Shown one piece after another: positions 55,828-64,000 of a stretch of 64,000 nucleotides of DNA; position 1 is the first letter of the stretch; each line of letters begins with the position of its first letter. Where the stretch lies: contig JAZNKB010000003.1 in the NCBI GenBank assembly GCA_045578345.1, positions 82,604-146,603 of the forward strand. The letters run 5' to 3'. The stretch is from Candidatus Onthoplasma sp. Its GTDB lineage: Bacteria; Bacillota; Clostridia; Christensenellales; UBA1242. Made by a program: the position numbers and the translations under genes. The notes under the pieces were generated by a model that made no database searches, was not told the DNA's origin, and saw only the letters and a program-made list of their open reading frames with translations.

Positions 55828-56014
55828 TTTAGTATGCTAACAAAAAAAAATAAATAACACAACTTATTAACACAAAAATCATAAAATGCTAGTTTCTCTA
55901 TCATATTAGGGTGAAAACCAAAACAACCATTTTCTTAACCAAGATAAAAAGTCACAAAATGTTTGACTTAATAAATCATATATTGTATTATCATGTTAGT
56001 AAAAGGAGTTTATT

Positions 56015-56368
56015 ATGTTTTGTAAATATTGTGGAAGTAAGCTTGAAGAAGATGAAGGATCTTTCTGTAAATACTGTGGAGCAAAATTGATTGAAAACAA
56101 TCAACCAACAGTTCAACCAGCAACACCTGCTGTTAAGAAAGAAGAAAACACAGCTCAAACATTTGCAATTTTAGGTTTGGTGTTTTCTTTCATTTTCTCT
56201 CTCGTTGGTTTGATTATGTCTGCAATCGCTTTGAAAAAGTATAAAACACAAACAACACAAGAAGGAAGAGGCATGGCCCTTGCAGGTTTGATTCTTTCAA
56301 TCATTTCAGTTGCAATCTTTGTTTTTTATTTTCTCATTATTGTAATAGCAGTCGCAACATCAATCTAA
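56015..56368 (+). CDS. zinc-ribbon plus two-TM membrane protein
   Basis: CKYCGS..x..CKYCGA, then two hydrophobic helices. Confidence 0.7.
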   Translation: MFCKYCGSKLEEDEGSFCKYCGAKLIENNQPTVQPATPAVKKEENTAQTFAILGLVFSFIFSLVGLIMSAIALKKYKTQTTQEGRGMALAGLILSIISVAIFVFYFLIIVIAVATSI

Positions 56369-56429
56369 CAAAAAAGCACATTGCATGTGCTTTTTTTTAT
56401 TGTACATTTTAATATTAATTAAATGAATA

Positions 56430-56735
56430 TTATCTAAATGTTTTCATAACACCTATAATTTGTCCTACTTCAACATCGTTAAGTTCTCGAGAAATCTTTT
56501 TAACCACATATCTTCTATCTTCATCAAGTGTTGTTAAATCAATAATGTCCGCATCATTTCCAATGAGAGTGTCTACGCTCACACCAAAAAGTTTTGAAAG
56601 TTTGATTAACTTTTCAATATTTGGTTCTGCTTTTCCGTTTTCATATCTTTGCATTGATTGAAGAGACACACCAATTTTTTCAGCCACTTCTCTACAAGTT
56701 AAGTTATTCAATTTTCTAAAATCTTTAATTCTCAT
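56430..56735 (-). CDS. XRE-family helix-turn-helix regulator
   Basis: LTCREVAEKIGVSLQSMQRYENGK. Start at MRIKDF is preferred; the upstream part of the ORF is hydrophobic read-through of the promoter region. Confidence 0.7.
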   Translation of the reverse strand: MRIKDFRKLNNLTCREVAEKIGVSLQSMQRYENGKAEPNIEKLIKLSKLFGVSVDTLIGNDADIIDLTTLDEDRRYVVKKISRELNDVEVGQIIGVMKTFR

Positions 56736-56788
56736 ATTAAATATATTACTATTCATATATAAAATATCAAAAAGTAATATAAAAATTG

Positions 56789-56817
56789 TTGACAATATTC
56801 GTTTTCTGATATATATT
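56789..56817 (+). promoter_or_regulatory. sigma-A promoter for 56889-57191
   Basis: TTGACA, 17 nt, TATATT. Confidence 0.6.
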
Positions 56818-56888
56818 ATTGTAATATGTATCATTTTTCAAACATTTGATTTCAATTTGATTGATTTGTGATATAAAATGGAGTAAGT

Positions 56889-57191
56889 ATGAAAATTCAA
56901 ATTTGCAAAAAATGTAAACATTTTCAACAACACTATGTTAATAGCAAGTTTTTAGGTTTTTTCACTGTTAATTGCGGGCATTGTCATAAAAAATTAATCA
57001 AAAAGGCAAATTGTGAAAGTTTTGAAGAATATGAAAACATTGAAGAAAAAGACATTTCAATTATTAATAGTTTTCTTAGTTATGAAAGAAAATTGAATAA
57101 ATTAATAAACGAAATTTGTGTACTTGTTGATTCAACAAGAAATTTAAAAAAAGAAATTATTTCATTTGAATTAGAAAAAAAGCACAAGTAA
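56889..57191 (+). CDS. Cys-rich (CxxC..CxxC) 100-aa hypothetical protein
   Basis: SD GGAG. CKKCKH..x..CGHCH. Divergent from the XRE gene. Confidence 0.55.
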   Translation: MKIQICKKCKHFQQHYVNSKFLGFFTVNCGHCHKKLIKKANCESFEEYENIEEKDISIINSFLSYERKLNKLINEICVLVDSTRNLKKEIISFELEKKHK

Positions 57192-57292
57192 TTGTGCTTT
57201 TTTATTACTAAATACGAGTAGAAAATTACGCATTTTAATACATCCACTTGTTTTTTAAGAGAGGATTATTGCTTGAAGTGAGCATCTAATTA

Positions 57293-58207
57293 TTACATCA
57301 TGTCCTTAATCACGCCCATTTTGTCAACGCAGTATCCAACAGCTAATGCTCCAGGGCCAGTGTGACACACAATGAAAAGAGGCAACGGATCATGAGTGAA
57401 GAATGGATATTCTGGAAAAGCTGTTCTAACTTCTGCTTCGAAATCTTTAATTTCTTTCGCATTAATGTCAGCAAAACTGTGTGCCATTCCAATATACACC
57501 TTTCCTTGTTTTGCTTCTTCCGGAAAACGTTCTTCAATTTCCTTTCTTGTTGCAGCAATCATTTTTGCTTTTGCTTGTTTCATTGACATAACTTTTGCAT
57601 AAGCATCAAGTTTTCCACCATGAATTTGAAGAATAGGTTTTATGTTTAAAAGTGTTCCAATTGCAGCAGCAGCAGGAGTTACACGTCCACCTTTTTTTAA
57701 ATATTTAAGAGTGTCAACAGCAATATAAACTCCTGTGTCACTTCTTGTTTGTTCTAAATATTCTTTAATTTCTTTTCCGCTTTTTCCTGCATCAATCATT
57801 GTCCTTGCTTCAAACATTGCCATTTTGTTTAAGAAAGCAACTCTTTGGTTGTTTGGAACAAAAACTCTTCCCTCAAACTCTTCATCATGACTAGCATTTA
57901 TTGCTGCATTGCACGATTCACTAAGTCCGCTTGACAAAATGATATACACAATTTCGTCATACTTTTGCAAAACTTCACGCCATTCATCCTTAACAAACTC
58001 AATGCTTGGTTGGCTGGTGCTAACATCTGTGTTTTTATCATTTAAGAAAATATAAAACTCATCATATGTCATATTTTTATCTTCATAAAATTCTTCGCCA
58101 TTAACAATAAAGGAAATTGGAATTATCTTTTCAATTTTAATTTTTTCCATTTCTTCTTTAGTTAAACTTCCAGAATTGTCAATCACTAATGCAACTTTTT
58201 TTGACAT
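57293..58207 (-). CDS. DegV-family fatty-acid-binding protein
   Basis: SD AAGGAG precedes ATG 58207. VALVIDNSG, TSQPS, GGRVTPAAA, CHTGPGALAV. Confidence 0.85.
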   Translation of the reverse strand: MSKKVALVIDNSGSLTKEEMEKIKIEKIIPISFIVNGEEFYEDKNMTYDEFYIFLNDKNTDVSTSQPSIEFVKDEWREVLQKYDEIVYIILSSGLSESCNAAINASHDEEFEGRVFVPNNQRVAFLNKMAMFEARTMIDAGKSGKEIKEYLEQTRSDTGVYIAVDTLKYLKKGGRVTPAAAAIGTLLNIKPILQIHGGKLDAYAKVMSMKQAKAKMIAATRKEIEERFPEEAKQGKVYIGMAHSFADINAKEIKDFEAEVRTAFPEYPFFTHDPLPLFIVCHTGPGALAVGYCVDKMGVIKDMM

Positions 58208-58397
58208 ACTTATTTTTCTCCTTAATCTTTCAGTTTTTCGATATTTTTCGCCTTGTTCTTTCAAAATCTTCCATTTTTTGGCAAACAAAACTGAACACTT
58301 GTTCATAATTGATTATATAGTAAACCTTAACTTTTTACAAATGAATCAAGCACTTTTTTAAAATTTTTTAATTTTTTAGAAAAAACCTGAACAACAT

Positions 58398-58426
58398 TTG
58401 ACAAAAGTGTTGAGTTTTTATATTAT
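58398..58426 (+). promoter_or_regulatory. promoter placed for a leaderless TetR transcript
   Basis: TTGACA, 17 nt, TATTAT, then 6 nt to ATG 58433; no SD. Confidence 0.6.
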
Positions 58427-58432
58427 AAAACC

Positions 58433-59014
58433 ATGCAAAAACAAGAATATAAGAATACAATACAAACAAAGAAAAAGATTTCATCTGCATATTTGAAACT
58501 TTTGATTGAAAACCCTGAAGCAATCAGTGTTACTGAAATTGTTAAAAGAGCAGAGATAAATCGCGGAACGTTTTACTTACATTTTGAAAACGTTAAAGCT
58601 GTTGAAAAATATATTGAAAATGAACTTGCACAAAACTTTAAAGACCTTGAACTTGACTTTAGACAAATTCAAATTGACAAAACTCCCGAAATAATTTTAA
58701 ACAAATTCAATGAAATTTTGCTAAGAGATTTGGATTTTTATAGTTTATTCATTCGAGCTGCAAGCGAAACGAATTTAATGGAAACAATAAAAAAATCGCT
58801 TTTAATTTCAATTTCAAACAACTTCAAAGTTATGCAATATGTTATGAACTATGAGAGATTCAAAACTGTTGTGCAATATATTGCTGGCGGAGCAATAAAT
58901 GTTTACACTGATTGGTTTAAAGGCAACATTGATTGCACAATTGAAGAACTTTCACAAAATCTTACTTTGCTTATTAAACATGGTTTAAAGGAATTTATTA
59001 AAGATGGAAACTAA
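58433..59014 (+). CDS. TetR-family transcriptional regulator
   Basis: N-terminal HTH ISVTEIVKRAEINRGTFYLHF. Confidence 0.8.
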   Translation: MQKQEYKNTIQTKKKISSAYLKLLIENPEAISVTEIVKRAEINRGTFYLHFENVKAVEKYIENELAQNFKDLELDFRQIQIDKTPEIILNKFNEILLRDLDFYSLFIRAASETNLMETIKKSLLISISNNFKVMQYVMNYERFKTVVQYIAGGAINVYTDWFKGNIDCTIEELSQNLTLLIKHGLKEFIKDGN

Positions 59015-60260
59015 GATATTTGATTATGGTATGAACGGCGAAGGTGTTGGCAAGGTTGATGGAAAAATTGTTTTAATTGATAATGCTCTTATTGATGAAG
59101 TTGTTGATTTTCAAATTGTTGAAGATAATAAAAACTATGCAACAGCTAAAGTTAACAAAATTTTACATCAAAGCCCTTATAGGGTTTCACCAACTTGCCC
59201 TTATTTTTATGAATGTGGTGGTTGTCAACTTCAACATATGAAATATGCCGAACACCTTAAGTTTAAAACTTTAAACGTTCAAAAAACAATCAAAAAAATA
59301 ACTGGCTTAAACGTTAAGGTTAATGAAACGATTCCGTGTTCAAATCAGTTTAACTATCGCAACAAAATGAGTTTTTCTGTTGAAAATCTTTATTGTGGAC
59401 TTGTTAAACCAAACAGCAAAGATATTGTTGAAATATCATCATGTCCTCTCGCTCAAGAAGATATAAATAAGGTATTAACTATATTTAAAGAATATATTAA
59501 TATATATAAATGTGATTGCATAAAAAATTTGGTTGTTCGCTCAATTCAAAAACAAATTCTTGTTGGAGTTGTAACAACAAAACATATTGATTTAAAAGAA
59601 TTGTTATCCACATTAAAAGAACATTTTTTGGATATCGGATTATTCGAAATTTTAAACACTCGTAAGGACAGTGTTGTTTTAAGTGGCAAGGTTAATCACA
59701 TTGGTGGCATAAAAGAAATCAAAATCGACAATTTAGGTGTAAAATATTCTGTCGATTTATTGGGATTCCACCAAACAAACCTTGAAATTCAAAACAAATT
59801 ATACTCTTCTGTGTTAAACTATATAAGTCCAAACTCTGTTGTTGTGAATGGTTTCAGTGGACAAGGATTGTTAACCGCAATTTTGGCTCAACGTGCAAAA
59901 TTTGTAACAGGAATTGAAATAAACAAAAATTCACACCAAAGTGCTGAAAAATTAAAAAAAGACAACAACATTCAAAACATGAAAAACATATGTGGAGATT
60001 TCTTCAAACATATCCCGAAAGAAAAAATAAAAGCTAACACAATCATTCTCGACCCAACGAAAAAGGGTTGTGGAGTTAAAGTAATGAATGAAATATGCGG
60101 TATCGAGAATATAATATATATCTCATGCAATCCGATTGCACTAAGTAAAGACTTAAACGCAATTAAAGATTACTATAACATTGAAGAAGTTACACCATTT
60201 GATATGTTCCCAAACACCACAAGTGTTGAAACACTTGTTAAATTAAAAAGGAAAAATTAA
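59004..60260 (+). CDS. RumA/TrmA-family RNA (uracil-5-)-methyltransferase
   Basis: TRAM-like N-terminus, Fe-S Cys cluster CPYFYECGGCQLQH, SAM-MTase fold, catalytic YISCNP. Confidence 0.85.
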   Translation: METKIFDYGMNGEGVGKVDGKIVLIDNALIDEVVDFQIVEDNKNYATAKVNKILHQSPYRVSPTCPYFYECGGCQLQHMKYAEHLKFKTLNVQKTIKKITGLNVKVNETIPCSNQFNYRNKMSFSVENLYCGLVKPNSKDIVEISSCPLAQEDINKVLTIFKEYINIYKCDCIKNLVVRSIQKQILVGVVTTKHIDLKELLSTLKEHFLDIGLFEILNTRKDSVVLSGKVNHIGGIKEIKIDNLGVKYSVDLLGFHQTNLEIQNKLYSSVLNYISPNSVVVNGFSGQGLLTAILAQRAKFVTGIEINKNSHQSAEKLKKDNNIQNMKNICGDFFKHIPKEKIKANTIILDPTKKGCGVKVMNEICGIENIIYISCNPIALSKDLNAIKDYYNIEEVTPFDMFPNTTSVETLVKLKRKN

Positions 60261-60271
60261 GGAGAAATAAC

Positions 60272-61117
60272 ATGATTTTATCAACAGATTCAACAGCAAA
60301 TTTACCAAAGGAATACTACGAAAAATATAATATTAGAATGATTCCATTACAAATCATCTTAAATGACAAAACATATAATGATTTAAGCGATGAACTTCCA
60401 GCGAAAGACTATTATCAAAAAATGCGTGAAGGTGCAACACCAACAACTGCACAAATTAACGAATATGCAGCAAGAACTTATTTTGAGGAACTTTTAAAAT
60501 CTGGTGAAGATATTTTGCACATTAGTTTTTCGTCTGCTCTTTCAGGAACTTGTGCAACAATGAAAAGAGTTGCTGAAGAATTAAACGAAACCAATTCTAA
60601 CAAAATTGTTATAATTGACTCGTTAAATGCTTCATGCGGTGAGGGTCTTCTTGTTCTTTATGCAAAAGATTTAATAAATGAAGGCAAATCTTTAGATGAA
60701 GTTAAAAGCGAAATTGAAAAGCTTGTGCCATACATATGCAGTTATTTTACAGTTGAACAATTAAAATATCTTGTTCGTGGGGGAAGGGTTGGAAAATTCT
60801 CAGGAATTGTTGGAACAATTTTAAACATTAAACCCGTACTTCGTGTTGACGAAAACGGAAAACTTGTAAGTTATAAAAAAATCATTTCAAGAAAGAAATC
60901 AATTACGGAAATGACTAATATCGTTGTAGAGAAAATAAACGAAAAACGTTATGTTATGATATCTCATGCTGAATGCAAAGAAGATGCCATAGATTTAGCA
61001 AAAACTCTTAAAGAAACATTGGGTGTTGAGGCAGTTATTACTGATTTAACCCAAGTTATAGGTTCACATACCGGTCCAGGACTTCTTGCTGTGTTCTTTG
61101 TTGGTAAAGAAAAGTAA
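60272..61117 (+). CDS. DegV-family fatty-acid-binding protein
   Basis: STDSTANL, TTAQ, GGRVGKFSG, GSHTGPGLLAV. Confidence 0.88.
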   Translation: MILSTDSTANLPKEYYEKYNIRMIPLQIILNDKTYNDLSDELPAKDYYQKMREGATPTTAQINEYAARTYFEELLKSGEDILHISFSSALSGTCATMKRVAEELNETNSNKIVIIDSLNASCGEGLLVLYAKDLINEGKSLDEVKSEIEKLVPYICSYFTVEQLKYLVRGGRVGKFSGIVGTILNIKPVLRVDENGKLVSYKKIISRKKSITEMTNIVVEKINEKRYVMISHAECKEDAIDLAKTLKETLGVEAVITDLTQVIGSHTGPGLLAVFFVGKEK

Positions 61118-61124
61118 TTTAATA

Positions 61125-61153
61125 TTGACAAATTCCCCTATTTGTGATATAAT
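61125..61153 (+). promoter_or_regulatory. consensus sigma-A promoter
   Basis: TTGACA, 17 nt, TATAAT, then a leader with SD AAGGGGA. Confidence 0.65.
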
Positions 61154-61179
61154 CAAAATATATAAAAGGGGAATTTTTT

Positions 61180-62517
61180 ATGTCAAAACTTATAAACACC
61201 TACTCTAACCTTAATGAAATGCTCGATGCAGATTTTAATTCAACCATATTGAAATTAAAAGAACCTAACATGAATTTATCTTTAGATAACCATGTTGTAA
61301 ATTCAGCAAAAGATAAACTTAAAAATGCGCAAAAAAATCAAAAAGCTAGCGTTAAAGCTTTTGAAAAAAATGAAAAGAAATTTAAGGTTTTAAAAAAATA
61401 TGGTGAGGTTTTGGCAAAAGTTGAAAGACTTTTGGGCCTAATTCCTTCAGAACTTTCTAATCTTTCCATTGATGAGCTGTCTGCAAAATTGGAAGAACTT
61501 CTTCAAACAAGAAAAAACAATATTTTCCAATTAAATTTGATTTTCTATCAAAATATGCTTTCCGACCTTTTAACAAATTTAGTTAACATTGAAAAAGATT
61601 TTCAAGAAGGTTCAATTTCTTCAGCCGAGGCCCTTGCTCGTGTTAAAGAAGCAAAGCACGACGTTAAACACCACATTAATGATATGCCTCCAGTAATGTA
61701 TGAACCATTGACTCAAGCTTCAGAATTGGTTAAGTTGTATGAAAATAGTTATGCTGGCATTCAAGAAGCAACAAGTAAAGAACAATCTTCAAGTTTAATT
61801 AAAACTGAAATTAAACCAGAACACGAATTATTATTTAATACACTTACAGATAAAACAAAAGATTTGCTTACAAAAGTCAACAACCTTTCTCAAGACTTAT
61901 CTCGTTTTGAACCGCAAGTTGACCTTAGCAAATTGACAAAAGATTTAAAAAACACTGAAGATATTCTTGAATTAGAACATTGGGATGTAGACGATATGGA
62001 TTCAGCGGTTGAAAAATTAAATCAAACAACCACAATTCTCACAGAACTACAAATTGAAAAGAATGAAGAATATGCAACACTTTCTGAATCAATTGAAGAA
62101 ATCACAACAAAATCAAGCGAATTGAATTCAGAAACAATCAAAGAAATCAGTAAAGAGACCTTCAAACAGGCAGTTGAAAGAGCAGAAACCACAAGAGAAA
62201 CCATTAAAGAAGTTGACGATATTCCACTTGAAAACAATATGTTCGCCACAGACATCAAAAAACAATTTACTGAAACTGTTTTATCTCAACTTGCAGTAGA
62301 CCATGAAAACACTGATATTGTTGCGATAAATCCAGAAGCATCAGTTGCATATAAGGACAACTCAATCAATGAAGAAGTTCAGCAAGAGGCAGAAGAACTT
62401 CAATTAAGAGTTAGTCAATATGAATTGGAAAATGGAATGATGAAAGCTTTAGAAAACAATCCAGAAGATGAAGAAGACGAAAACGACAAAAGCAATAGAG
62501 AAAATCCAAACAATTAA
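61180..62517 (+). CDS. acidic coiled-coil hypothetical protein
   Basis: 445 aa, Glu/Lys/Leu/Asn rich, acidic tail. Confidence 0.65.
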   Translation: MSKLINTYSNLNEMLDADFNSTILKLKEPNMNLSLDNHVVNSAKDKLKNAQKNQKASVKAFEKNEKKFKVLKKYGEVLAKVERLLGLIPSELSNLSIDELSAKLEELLQTRKNNIFQLNLIFYQNMLSDLLTNLVNIEKDFQEGSISSAEALARVKEAKHDVKHHINDMPPVMYEPLTQASELVKLYENSYAGIQEATSKEQSSSLIKTEIKPEHELLFNTLTDKTKDLLTKVNNLSQDLSRFEPQVDLSKLTKDLKNTEDILELEHWDVDDMDSAVEKLNQTTTILTELQIEKNEEYATLSESIEEITTKSSELNSETIKEISKETFKQAVERAETTRETIKEVDDIPLENNMFATDIKKQFTETVLSQLAVDHENTDIVAINPEASVAYKDNSINEEVQQEAEELQLRVSQYELENGMMKALENNPEDEEDENDKSNRENPNN

Positions 62518-62523
62518 TTAAAC

Positions 62524-62555
62524 AAAAAAGAATAGTGAATTGCTATTCTTTTTTT
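62524..62555. terminator. terminator
   Basis: A-run, GAATAG-tgaattg-CTATTC, T-run. Confidence 0.7.
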
Positions 62556-62575
62556 AACAAATGAAACTGTTTATA

Positions 62576-62663
62576 AACTGTTAAAGCGTTTCACTCTTTA
62601 TCAGGAGAAACTGGCGTTTAACTGTTAAAGCGTTTCACTCTTTATCAGGAGAAACTGGCGTTT
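62576..62663. repeat. perfect 44-bp tandem duplication spanning the 3' end of the Crp/Fnr gene
   Basis: AACTGTTAAAGCGTTTCACTCTTTATCAGGAGAAACTGGCGTTT occurs at 62576-62619 and again at 62620-62663. Confidence 0.85.
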
Positions 62664-63296
62664 CTCATAATCAATCAATCCATCTTCTTTCATTTTGCTT
62701 AGTTCGGTTGACATTGCACTTCTGTCAACCGACAAATAATTTGCAAGTTCTGTTTTGTTAAATGGTATTTCAAAATAACTTGATTTTTCTTTCTTTGCAA
62801 GAGAATTGAAATAAGATAAAAGTTTATCCCTAATTGTCTTTTTAGATAAATGTGTAAGTTTGTCCAACAACTCTACATTTTTTTCTGCAACAACTTTCAT
62901 TATATGTTTCACAACAATATCATGACGCCTACATTTGTTCTCGCATGGGTTAATCAATCTATGCTTATTCATAAAAAGAACAAGTGTTTTTTCTGTTGCA
63001 ATCAACGTATCCTTATAAACACTTTCACCACTTAATGCACTTTCTAAGCCATAAACTTCACCCTTTTTCAATCTCATCAAAATTGTAATGTCTCCAAGGC
63101 TATCCACACTTTGAACAATTGCTCCACCCTTTACAATCATCACAACTTCATCCATGTCCATTCCTTGTTCAACAATTGATTGATGCTTGTTGAAAACCTT
63201 AAATCTAGTTTTGAAACAAAACATCATTGCCTGACATTCAAATTCAGACGCAGATGCGAAAATTTTGGTGTTTTTTAACTCTTCATAATGTTCCAT
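62625..63296 (-). CDS. Crp/Fnr-family transcriptional regulator
   Basis: cNMP-binding-like beta barrel (GEVYGLESALSG) and C-terminal HTH NKTELANYLSVDRSAMSTELSKMKEDGLI. Confidence 0.85.
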   Translation of the reverse strand: MEHYEELKNTKIFASASEFECQAMMFCFKTRFKVFNKHQSIVEQGMDMDEVVMIVKGGAIVQSVDSLGDITILMRLKKGEVYGLESALSGESVYKDTLIATEKTLVLFMNKHRLINPCENKCRRHDIVVKHIMKVVAEKNVELLDKLTHLSKKTIRDKLLSYFNSLAKKEKSSYFEIPFNKTELANYLSVDRSAMSTELSKMKEDGLIDYEKRQFLLIKSETL

Positions 63297-63522
63297 AAAA
63301 ATATTTCCAATTTGTTTAAATTTGTTGTAAAAACAACACTTTTTATGTATTTATTATAGTATAATGGTAGTGTAAAGTCAAATAAACGCCCAAAATTATT
63401 AAAATTTCATCCTAACACAACATGTTGACATAACAAAAATTCAACAACACAATTAGAGCAAATTTTAAGAAAAAAGCATTTGAATTTTACATTAAAATAA
63501 ACATTTAGGAAGGGAGTAAATC

Positions 63523-64000
63523 ATGAAATGTATCAAAAGAAATGGTCAAGAAGTTGAATTTAACAGCGACAAAATTCGTAAAGCTGTGACCAACGCAAAC
63601 AACAATATTGACGAAATGTCAAAAAGATTGTCATTTGAACAAATTGAAAAAATTACCAATGACGTGACTGCAAAATGCGAAAACATGGGTCGTGCTGTTG
63701 GAGTTGAAGAAATTCAAGATATGGTTGAATTTGCAATTATGGGGGAAGGAAAATTTGATGTTGCAAAACATTACATAACTTATCGTTACACTCGCCAATT
63801 GGCAAGACAAAAAAACACAACCGACGATAAGGTTTTCTCATTAATTGATTGTCAAAATGAGGAAATCAAACAAGAAAATAGCAACAAAAACCCAACCATA
63901 AACAGCGTTCAACGTGACTATATGGCTGGTGAAATGAGTAAAGATTTAACAAAACGTTTCTTACTCCCTGAAGATATATGGCAAGCACATGAAGAAGGAT
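63523..64000 (+). CDS. nrdD: anaerobic ribonucleoside-triphosphate reductase, 5' part (runs off window)
   Basis: SD GGAAGGGAG. ATP-cone MKCIKRNGQEVEFNSDKIRKAV ... HYITYRYTR. The frame is open to the window end. Confidence 0.85.
   Translation, partial: MKCIKRNGQEVEFNSDKIRKAVTNANNNIDEMSKRLSFEQIEKITNDVTAKCENMGRAVGVEEIQDMVEFAIMGEGKFDVAKHYITYRYTRQLARQKNTTDDKVFSLIDCQNEEIKQENSNKNPTINSVQRDYMAGEMSKDLTKRFLLPEDIWQAHEEG

Noticed and set aside
63297-63522. NrdR boxes or a Crp/Fnr site in the nrdD upstream region.
   Set aside because: Only weak partial palindromes are present (GTTGT-aaaa-ACAAC and TTGAC..TTCAA with wrong spacing). Nothing matches the consensus well enough to annotate.

Overview
AT-rich chromosomal segment that reads correctly with the standard code. 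It looks like a low-GC Firmicutes / wall-less-Firmicutes-related bacterium. No database search was possible, so every call rests on motifs and structures read from the sequence and ORF track.

Backbone genes: the 3' part of a Rel/SpoT gene, two PlsC-like acyltransferases, a GT8, a T-box-controlled aspS-(P-loop gene)-asnS operon, tRNA-Thr, argS, an HtrA-like lipoprotein protease, RadC, two DegV genes, TetR, a RumA-type methyltransferase, a Crp/Fnr regulator and the 5' part of nrdD.

Accessory content:
1. A ~19 kb surface-glycopolymer locus (18.3-37.3 kb). It holds LicD, a LicC-like/SHMT-like fusion, a Wzx-like flippase, a Wzy-like/GT2 fusion, eight further glycosyltransferases, a pyruvyl transferase and a TagGH-like ABC exporter. 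Its priming sugar transferase (49035-49808) is separated from it by item 2.
2. An ~11.1 kb insertion bounded by a perfect 17-bp direct repeat (37817-37833 / 48958-48974). It carries an IS30-family transposase, a type-I-toxin-like 26-codon ORF and a GC-rich long hairpin. It also carries a co-directional 11-gene block: HUH Rep with a P-loop, an SSB-sized protein, membrane-anchored/secreted proteins, a 31-aa TM peptide and a 726-aa membrane P-loop ATPase. An iteron/hairpin origin-like region and a tRNA-like structured region complete it. I read this as an integrated filamentous-phage-like (inovirus/plectrovirus-like) rolling-circle element, possibly a new lineage. This is the main candidate for something new.
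3. A small island next to tRNA-Thr, marked by a tRNA 5'-half scar and TGTCA iterons. Its operon runs DUF4417-like, HNH-like, a YD-like peptide, then two paralogous zinc-ribbon proteins.

Other observations: an unclassified repeat family at the 3' ends of argS and asnS, a recurrent leaderless-mRNA promoter architecture, a decayed transglutaminase-like paralog, and a 44-bp tandem duplication of a gene's 3' end.
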